Origin: an uncultured Collinsella sp.
GTDB lineage: Bacteria; Actinomycetota; Coriobacteriia; Coriobacteriales; Coriobacteriaceae
Reading direction: 5' to 3'
NCBI GenBank assembly: GCA_958421275.1
Contig: CATZLI010000010.1
Location: 417 to 64,416, forward strand
Length of the DNA stretch: 64,000 bases
Below the pieces are notes generated by a model that was not told where the DNA came from, made no database searches, and saw only the letters and a list, made by a program, of their open reading frames with translations. This document shows positions 46,301-53,862 of the stretch, one piece after another (position 1 is the first letter of the stretch; the number at the start of each line of letters is the position of its first letter). The translations under genes were made by a program, and so were the position numbers.

Positions 46301-48148
46301 GTCTTTACCGAGGATTCGCTTGCGCATCTGGTAAAGCCCGAGCGTCCGATTCGCGTCGTCGATCAGTGGATGTACCACAGCCGTCTGTACGCCGTCGCCC
46401 GTTTTGTGACGATGCGCAACGACCTGGACCTGATTCAGCTCAACTCCTTCGGCTGCGGCTTGGACGCCCTGACCACCGACCAGGTGCAGGAGATTCTGGA
46501 GGCCAGCGGCAAGATCTACACCGTGCTCAAGATCGACGAGGTATCCAACCTGGGTGCCGCGCGCATCCGCATCCGCTCGCTCATGGCAGCGCTCAAGGAC
46601 CAGGAGGCCGAGCGCCTGGCCGATGCCACGGCCGCGGGCGAGGCCTACGAGCAAGGCGACGCCGCGCCGGTGGCGCCTTCCACGGATGCCCCTGCGTTCG
46701 CGAGCCGTAAGTACACGTTCGAGGCTCAGCGCGAGAGTGCTTCGACCGCGTGGCCCAAGGTGCCCTTTACCGAGCAGATGCGCGAGGAGGGCTACACCAT
46801 CCTGTGCCCGCAGATGGCGCCGATTCACTTTGACCTGGTCAAAGAGGTGTTCCGCGGTGCCGGCTACAACTTGGAGCTGCTGCCCTCGACCGACCACGAT
46901 GCCGTCGAGGCTGGCCTGCGCTACGTGAACAATGACATTTGCTATCCGTCGATCCTGGTGACGGGCCAGATTATGGAGGCCATCGAGAGCGGTCGGTACG
47001 ACCTGTCCAAGACGGCCGTGGTTATCAGCCAGACCGGCGGCGGCTGCCGTGCCACCAACTACATCGCACTCATCCGCAAGGCCCTGCGCGAGAGCGGCCA
47101 CCCCGAGATCCCGGTGATCTCGCTTTCGGCCGTGGCGCTCGGTGAGGACAACCCCGGCTTTAAGATTACGCCGGCACTGCTTAAGCAGGCAGTCTACGCA
47201 GTGCTCTTTGGTGACGTCATGATGCAGATGCTCTATCGTTGCCGCCCGTACGAGGCCACGCCCGGTGCCGCCAACGCACTCTACGAGGAGTACATGGCGC
47301 GCGCCCGCAAGTTGGCGCCCAAGTTCAACCGCCACAACTACACCAAGCTGTGCCGCGAGGCCATCCGCGCGTTCGACACCATGCCGCTTGCGGGCGAGGG
47401 CACCAAGCCGCGCGTGGGCGTGGTCGGCGAGATCCTTGTCAAGTTCCATCCCACGGCCAACAACCACGTGGTCGACGTTATCGAGCGCGAGGGCTGCGAG
47501 GCCGTGGTGCCGGGCCTGCTCGACTTCTTCCTGTACTCCATGAGCAACGCCGAGCTGCAGAAGGACGAGCTGGGAAGCTCTGCCACTACGCGCGCTGGTA
47601 TGCAGGCGCTCATCAAGCTCGTGGACTGGATGCGCACGCCGGTGGAGGAGATGCTCGAGAAGTCCCGCCGCTTTGAGGCACCCGAGCGCATCGGCACCAT
47701 GGCCGACAAGGCCCGTACGGTGCTTTCGGTGTGCAACAACATGGGCGAGGGCTGGCTGCTCACGGCCGAGATGCTCGACCTGATCGACCACGGCGCGCCC
47801 AACATCATCTGCACGCAGCCCTTCGCGTGCCTGCCTAACCACGTGGTGGGCAAGGCCGTGATCAAGGAGCTGCGCCGCCAGCATCCCGAGAGCAACATCG
47901 TCGCGGTGGACTACGACCCCGGTGCGTCCGAGGTCAACCAGCTCAACCGCATCAAGCTCATGATTAGCGTGGCCAAGGAGAACATGCGCGCCGGCAAGGG
48001 CTTTAAGCTCGAGAAGGTGGCACCGCTCGCGATGGACGAGGTCACCGGCCAGATGCGTGCCCATGACGGCTGCGTGAGCTGCGGGCCGGCCAGCGAAGAG
48101 GCCGTTGCATCGGTCGCCGAGCGTCTGGGACGCGGCATTAAGAAGTAA
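43367..48148 (+). CDS. 1593-aa fusion protein: two BcrAD/BadFG-type ATPase (2-hydroxyacyl-CoA dehydratase activase) modules plus DUF2229-like and dehydratase D-component-like domains
   Basis: Two acetate/sugar-kinase-fold starts, [15 protein letters not shown] (about 43620) and [14 protein letters not shown] (about 44565). Cys cluster [32 protein letters not shown] is typical of 'CoA-substrate-specific enzyme activase' giants. Confidence 0.8.
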   Translation: [1593 protein letters not shown]

Positions 48149-48178
48149 CTGGCCTGCTTTGGGCTAGATATGAGACAA

Positions 48179-48214
48179 ACGGGTGGTAGCCATACCGGCT
48201 ACCACCCGTTTTTT
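48179..48214 (+). terminator. Strong intrinsic terminator after the giant gene
   Basis: ACGGGTGGTAGCC-ATACC-GGCTACCACCCGT followed by TTTTT. Confidence 0.85.
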
Positions 48215-48234
48215 GCTGGACATATGTTGCGCAA

Positions 48235-48744
48235 ATGACCTTGCTACAGCCTTCCGTGGGCTTGCCCGATTTTTGGGCTGGCTCGGGCTTTGAGGGCAAA
48301 TTGCTGCAGGCCCAAGGCGATTTTTCGCTCAACGCGGGCCAGCACAGCGTGACGTATCTGCCGAGTTCTGACACGGCAACGACCGGTCGCTACCAGGTGC
48401 TGCTGTACGACAACAACTTTGGTACGGCCGAGAGCTATCCCAAGTTCGACTGGGGTCAGCTGGGCGCCGCGGTGGTGACCGACTACAGCAAGGGAACGCA
48501 TTCGTTTGGGCGAATCTTTACGGTGGACGAGACCGCGCGCACCTACGAGCTTGTGGACCAGATCGCAGTGCCGTTTTCGGGCTACGTGAGCAGCGCGCAG
48601 CGCGTCGGCGATTCGAATAGCATGCTCGTGGCATCGGGCATGGCCAAGACCTTTGCCGAGTACGATCGCTATGGACTGCTCATCGCTACATACGAGATGG
48701 AAGCCGAGAAGTACATCTACCGCGTGTACAAGTACGAGCTGTAG
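48235..48744 (+). pseudogene. C-terminal fragment (about 165 aa) of an aryl-sulfate sulfotransferase (ASST family) gene
   Basis: GRYQVLLYDNNFG, HSFGRIFTVDE and the ending YIYRVYKYEL resemble the C-terminal beta-propeller blades of ASST proteins, which are normally 3-4 times longer. There is no signal peptide and no N-terminal region. Confidence 0.5.
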
Positions 48745-48758
48745 CGCTGCGCTCCGCA

Positions 48759-49898
48759 TCACTTTACGTCAAATTCCACGCGATCGAGCTCGGGCACATT
48801 GAGGTCGATGAGCTTCCGGGCGACGTGGCGGTCGCGTGCCCCGAGCGCCTCGCTTGTCGTCACATGGGCGACAATCTCGCGCTCGACGATGCCTTCCTCC
48901 TCGCCTTCGGTAGCCGAGGTCTCGACGGCGACGGTGTAATCCTTAAAGCCCGGCAGCACCGCGGCAAGTTCGCGCGTAGTTTCGGTGACGCCGTAGCCGT
49001 CCTGCACGCCGGCCTGCGCCGAGCCAATAGACCCCGCGGTCATAACGATGCAGGGGATGGCAAAGATCGCCGTGCCCACAATAATGCGGCGGCGCACCTT
49101 ACGTGACAGCTCACCGACCTCGGCGTCTTCTTCGGCAGTCACAATGCCGTCGCCGTTGAGGTCGCGCTTGAGCGGCACGCGCAAAAGAAGCAGCACGGCT
49201 TCGGCGGCCAGTGCGATAAAGACCACGTTGATGCCAAACTCGTAGAGCGCCGAGAGAAACAGCGACCCGCTTGCGATGGCGATGCCATAGCCCGCCGCGC
49301 ACAGGGGCGGCATGAGCGCGGTTGCCACGGCCACGCCGGCGATGAGCGTGGCGGGTTCCTGGTCGCGCGAGTTGCCCAGCCCGCCTGCAAAGCCGCCTGC
49401 GAGTGCGACGGTAAGGTCCCAGACGGTGGGTGTCGAGTTGTCGATGATGGCGGCCGTGGTGGTGCCAAGGGGCGAGAGCTTAAAGTACAACGTGGACGTG
49501 ACCAGGCAAAAGACCATCTGCAGCGCAAGGCCGGCGACGGCTTCGACGGTAATCTCGCGGTCGAGCGTGGCGATGCCATATGCCATGGCAAGGACCGAGC
49601 CCATAAGCGGGCAGATGAGCATGGCGCCCACGATGGCGATGTCCGAATCGATATCGAGGCCGATGCTCGCGATCAACATGGCGATGATGAGGATGCACAG
49701 GTGAGAGCCGGTCAGGCGTGCTCCGTTTACAAAGCGCTTGCGGATTACGTGGTAGGGCGCGCGACCTTCGCGAATGTTGAACGCGCGCTTTAAAAAGCGA
49801 CCAGCCTGCTCGGCAGCCTCACTATGAGTAGGGCGGATGCCGTGGCGCCGGTGATGGCGTTCGCGTAGTCGCTTGATCTGTTGTTTGTCGAGTTCCAT
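48759..49898 (-). CDS. DUF389 family integral membrane protein
   Basis: IIAMLIASIGLDIDSDIAIVGAMLICPLMG is the characteristic DUF389 repeat. Start taken at MELDKQQ. Confidence 0.75.
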   Translation of the reverse strand: MELDKQQIKRLRERHHRRHGIRPTHSEAAEQAGRFLKRAFNIREGRAPYHVIRKRFVNGARLTGSHLCILIIAMLIASIGLDIDSDIAIVGAMLICPLMGSVLAMAYGIATLDREITVEAVAGLALQMVFCLVTSTLYFKLSPLGTTTAAIIDNSTPTVWDLTVALAGGFAGGLGNSRDQEPATLIAGVAVATALMPPLCAAGYGIAIASGSLFLSALYEFGINVVFIALAAEAVLLLLRVPLKRDLNGDGIVTAEEDAEVGELSRKVRRRIIVGTAIFAIPCIVMTAGSIGSAQAGVQDGYGVTETTRELAAVLPGFKDYTVAVETSATEGEEEGIVEREIVAHVTTSEALGARDRHVARKLIDLNVPELDRVEFDVK

Positions 49899-50205
49899 GT
49901 CCACCTCGTTCCAGCGCGGTCCGCGCAACGCGCCCGTTGTCCTAACTCTACACCGTGGCGGGCGGGGTGTCTGTTGGATGCGGAATCCGATAGGGCGGAT
50001 GACGCGGGAGCAAATGCAAATCACAGGCTCAATTCCATCCCGCGAGAATATGATGCACCAGCTCCTTCAAATGTGACGAAACTGTGAAGCACGAGAGCGT
50101 GAATTTAAAAAAATCCGCCGGTGACCAATGTTGCGCAACAGAATTCAAAAATCAGCTCCTACATTTTGAAGCGTATGGATACATCCGTGTCAAAGGGAGA
50201 AAGCC

Positions 50206-53200
50206 ATGGCAAACTACAGTCCACAACACTTTGAGCCTCGGGCCAAGGCCGTCAACGTCAAGGGCGTTGCCAACCGCGCCGTCGCAACCGTTTTGACGGC
50301 GGGCCTCATCGCTCAGCCGCTCATGTCGCCGCTGGCGGCAATCGCCGCGCCGTCAACCGATAACGGCGATTCTGTTCAGGGGGGGGGTAGTTCTGTAGAG
50401 AATACCGTTACCGCCGGTAACCAAGCGGTCGTAAAGACGGCTGCCCAGCTGGCCGAGGAGTCGGCAAAGCAGCTCAAGGACGCTCAGGCCGCCTACGATG
50501 CCGCCCAGAAGAAGGCCGACGCGGCGGGCCAGTCTCAAAAGCAGGCGCAGCAGCAAAAGAATCAGGCCTCGCAGGCCGTGACCGATAACGCCGCCGAGCA
50601 GAACGAGGCCGAGGTAGCCGCGCTTCAGGAGAAGATTGACGAGCTTAAAGCGGCCGTCGAAAAGACCGAGCAGCAGCAGAAGAAGCTGGGCGACCTGAAC
50701 GATCAGCTCGAACAGGCCAACAAGAGCGTCGATGAAAAGACCCAGGCGCTCAAGGATGCCGAGACAAAGCGCGACGAAGCCAAGAAGGCCCTCGATGATG
50801 CCCAGGCCAAGCTCGAGGCCATGGGTATGGACGAGTACGAGGCCGCCAAGAAGGCCGTCGAGGACGCGCAGGCAAAGCTCGATGACGCCAATAAGGCCGT
50901 TACTGCTGCACAGGCCAATCTGGACCAGGCCAAGGCTGCCGAGGCCAGCGCCCAGCAGGAAAAGCAGAATATCGAGGCAGCTTTGACGACTGCCCAGGCC
51001 AAGAAGCAGGAGACTGCCGCTGCTCTCGCAGCCGCAACCACCGCGCGCGATAACGCCCAGCAGAAGTTCAACCAGGCGCAGGCCGCGCTCGATGCTGCCG
51101 TCTCGGGTACGGGTGTTGACCTGAGCGCGCTTGAGGCCGCCAAGATCGCTGCTGCTGGTGAGCTCAAGACCGCGCAGGACGCGCTCGAAGCCGCGACGAC
51201 TGCAGACGCCACCGCACAGGCGAATCTGCAGGCTGCGCAGACTACCGTCACCGCCGCGCAGGAGAAGGCCAACGCCGCCAACGCTGCTGTGGCATCTGCC
51301 CAGTCTGCATACGATGCGGTAAACAGGGAGTACAAGGACGCGGCCAGTAAGCGTGACGCCGCGAAGACGGCATACGAGCAGGCCCAGCAGACCGAGGCCG
51401 ACAAGAAGGCGGAGTACGACCGACTCGTCGAGGTTCGTCAGCAGAAGAGCAACGAGTTCGATCAGGCTCGTGCTGAAGTAACCGACGCGCATAATGCATA
51501 CGACGCCGCAAACGCCGAGGTCGAGAAGCTTAACCAGCAGATTGTCGACCTCAAGTCGAACATGACCGTAGACCAGAATGTCATCAGCCAGGGCATGTTC
51601 GGCTTCATGAACTACATTATCGGCGGCAGCCAGTTCACAGCAACGCAGAAGTCGAATGCAAGCACTGCCGTATCGATGCTCATGGGGACGACGGATAAAC
51701 AGGACTGGTATGACAAGTACGTCGATCAGGACATGTCTCGCGACACCAATCCGCTTTCCTTGGAGCAGATGCGCAACGCCCTGACCTACCTCGATACCCA
51801 GAACAACCTTCGCAAGGCGAACGGCCAGTCGGAGCTCAGCGTCAGCCTCCGCATGACTGCGGCAGCCGCACTTAATACATCATATTCATCGAACATCTGG
51901 GGACACTCGAACTGCTATTTCGATCAAGGTGAGAACCTTGCAGGCGGCGGCGGAGCATACACCGGAGGCGAAACCGAGGATACCCTCGGCTGGCCATATA
52001 CCGGTCTCTACACCCAGGAGAAAGAGGCATTCGATAAGTACGTTGCACAGTATGGCGACGAACTCGGCAGCCACCGATATGATTCCTACTATATCTACCA
52101 GCACTACAACAGCATCTACCATGAGTGCGGACACTATCTCAACATCATCGATGCCGGTGCGAAGGCTATCGGCATCGCAACCGGTAGCGGTAAGAACACC
52201 GATTCCGAGGTAACCATTTTCGACTATAGTGGAAGCACGGGGCAGAAGGACTTCACTGTCTCCGAGTTCAAGAAGCTCGTCACCGACTATATCGATTCCG
52301 CCTACAATGCAGGCGGCACTCAGGAGCAGAAGGAGCAGCTGAAGCAGCTACAGAGTAAGCTGGCGGAGGCGCAGAAGAACTTCGGGACTGCCGGAACGGC
52401 TTATTCTGACGCATTGGATAAGCAAGAAAGCGCTCGCGACGCCTATACCGCGGCCGACACGAACGTGAACACCGCCAAGGGTGAGTACGAGATGGCCAAG
52501 TCCGGCACCGCCGCCGCGAAGACGGCATACGACGCCGCGAAGGACGCGCTCGGCGGAATCGACATCGAGTCCCTCAAGCAGAACCTCGATGCCGCCAAGA
52601 GCAAGGCCGCTACTGCCCAGGCAGCTCTCGATAAGGCAAACGCTACGCTTGCTGACAGCAAGACGAAGGCAGCCGAGGCCGCTGCTCACAAGGCGAAGGC
52701 TCGCAGCGCCCGCGATGCCGCCAAGGCAAAATCCGATCAGGCCAATGAGGCGTATGACAACGCCACTGCTTCGGTCAAGGATCTTACCGCCAAGCGCGAG
52801 GCCGCCAAGACGGATCTTGCGAACAAGCAGGGCACGCTTGACGATGCCAAGAAGGCCGACGACACTGCCCAGGCTGGCGTTGACAAGGCCCAGACCGCAG
52901 ATACGCAAGCCGCGACCGCTCTTTCGGACGCCAAGCAGGCAGTTGCCGCCAAGACGCAGGCCCTGTCCGACGCACAGGCGAAGGTCAAGGCCGCCGAGGA
53001 CGAGCTTGCCACCGCAAACAAGGCCTTCGAGCGCTTCGCCGGTGCCCAGAAGGCGGTCGACGACGCCAAGGCCGCCTATGACGCTGCCGTCGCCGGTGTC
53101 GCCGATGCCCAGAAGCAGCTCGAGGCCGCCAACGAAGCCGTCGTCGATGCGAACCTCGATATCGTCAAGGCCAAGGCCGAGCTTGCCAACGATGAGGCAC

Positions 53201-53661
53201 TCAAGGCCGATCTTGAGGCTGTCGACCACAAGGCATCCCTTGCCGCGGGAACGACGGGCAACGAGAAGCTGGTCAAGCTGAATGCCGCCTACGCTCGCTA
53301 TAAGGCTGCCGTCGATGCCGCCGCTGGCCTCAAGGCTGCCCTGAGCGATGCCGATGCCAAGCTGTCCGATGCCAACGACGTCTATGCCGCCGCGCTTGCC
53401 GAGCTTGGCGATGCCAAGGATGCCCTGGCTGCCGCACAGGCCGAGTACGACAAGTATCATCCCAAGGCTGAGCCGCAGGCCAAGCCTCAGGTTGCGCAGG
53501 CCGCTGCAAAGGCCCCCGTTGCCAAGAAACAGGCTGCGCCTGCCGCGCTCGCCCAGACCGGTGATGACTCCGCACTTGCGGGTGAGGTCTTCGTCATCGG
53601 TGGCATAACGCTCGTGGCCGCAGGCGTGACGCTGGGTGATCGTCGTCGCAAGCAGATGTAG
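50206..53661 (+). CDS. Cell-wall-anchored (LAxTG) coiled-coil surface protein with a central CAP/SCP-like domain
   Basis: Signal-peptide-like N-terminus. Long Ala/Lys/Gln/Asp-rich heptad-like regions on both sides. CAP-like core at about 51700-52180 (NNLRKANG, WGHS, GENLAGG, CGHYLNII). LAQTG (53548-53562) is followed by a hydrophobic stretch and RRRKQM. Confidence 0.8.
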   Translation: MANYSPQHFEPRAKAVNVKGVANRAVATVLTAGLIAQPLMSPLAAIAAPSTDNGDSVQGGGSSVENTVTAGNQAVVKTAAQLAEESAKQLKDAQAAYDAAQKKADAAGQSQKQAQQQKNQASQAVTDNAAEQNEAEVAALQEKIDELKAAVEKTEQQQKKLGDLNDQLEQANKSVDEKTQALKDAETKRDEAKKALDDAQAKLEAMGMDEYEAAKKAVEDAQAKLDDANKAVTAAQANLDQAKAAEASAQQEKQNIEAALTTAQAKKQETAAALAAATTARDNAQQKFNQAQAALDAAVSGTGVDLSALEAAKIAAAGELKTAQDALEAATTADATAQANLQAAQTTVTAAQEKANAANAAVASAQSAYDAVNREYKDAASKRDAAKTAYEQAQQTEADKKAEYDRLVEVRQQKSNEFDQARAEVTDAHNAYDAANAEVEKLNQQIVDLKSNMTVDQNVISQGMFGFMNYIIGGSQFTATQKSNASTAVSMLMGTTDKQDWYDKYVDQDMSRDTNPLSLEQMRNALTYLDTQNNLRKANGQSELSVSLRMTAAAALNTSYSSNIWGHSNCYFDQGENLAGGGGAYTGGETEDTLGWPYTGLYTQEKEAFDKYVAQYGDELGSHRYDSYYIYQHYNSIYHECGHYLNIIDAGAKAIGIATGSGKNTDSEVTIFDYSGSTGQKDFTVSEFKKLVTDYIDSAYNAGGTQEQKEQLKQLQSKLAEAQKNFGTAGTAYSDALDKQESARDAYTAADTNVNTAKGEYEMAKSGTAAAKTAYDAAKDALGGIDIESLKQNLDAAKSKAATAQAALDKANATLADSKTKAAEAAAHKAKARSARDAAKAKSDQANEAYDNATASVKDLTAKREAAKTDLANKQGTLDDAKKADDTAQAGVDKAQTADTQAATALSDAKQAVAAKTQALSDAQAKVKAAEDELATANKAFERFAGAQKAVDDAKAAYDAAVAGVADAQKQLEAANEAVVDANLDIVKAKAELANDEALKADLEAVDHKASLAAGTTGNEKLVKLNAAYARYKAAVDAAAGLKAALSDADAKLSDANDVYAAALAELGDAKDALAAAQAEYDKYHPKAEPQAKPQVAQAAAKAPVAKKQAAPAALAQTGDDSALAGEVFVIGGITLVAAGVTLGDRRRKQM

Positions 53662-53728
53662 CGTTTCGAGCGTAGTTTCTGCAACGAATTTCGGTTCATA
53701 GCAGGAGCGCTTCGATGGCTTAACCGAT

Positions 53729-53774
53729 AAGGCCGGCGCGCTGTCATACGCAGCGCGCTGGCCTTTCTTTGTTT
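53729..53774 (+). terminator. Intrinsic terminator of the surface-protein gene
   Basis: AAGGCCGGCGCGCTG-(loop)-CAGCGCGCTGGCCTT followed by TCTTTGTTT. Confidence 0.7.
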
Positions 53775-53781
53775 CGATATC

Positions 53782-53821
53782 AAAAAGCCCGGTCGGTAGC
53801 CGCGAAAGCTACCGACCGGGC
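53782..53821 (-). terminator. Intrinsic terminator of the OPT transporter gene
   Basis: The minus strand reads GCCCGGTCGGTAGC-TTTCGCG-GCTACCGACCGGGC followed by TTTTTGATAT. Confidence 0.75.
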
Positions 53822-53862
53822 AAATCGTAGGCAATATGGTTGCTGTCGAGCAGCTGCTCAGC

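Noticed and set aside
43352-48064. 1570-aa ORF on the minus strand opposite the giant activase-type gene
   Set aside because: It is a typical antisense shadow ORF of a GC-rich gene. Composition is low-complexity and rich in Ala, Gly, Arg, Leu, Val, Asp and His. It has no recognisable motifs and no RBS. The plus-strand frame carries clear ATPase and dehydratase motifs.
50400-53500. Repetitive-looking DNA of the surface-protein gene, considered as a tandem repeat or CRISPR-like array
   Set aside because: The repetitiveness is compositional (GCC/GCG/AAG/CAG codons of an Ala/Lys/Gln coiled coil). There is no fixed-length direct repeat or spacer periodicity, and the region is a continuous ORF.
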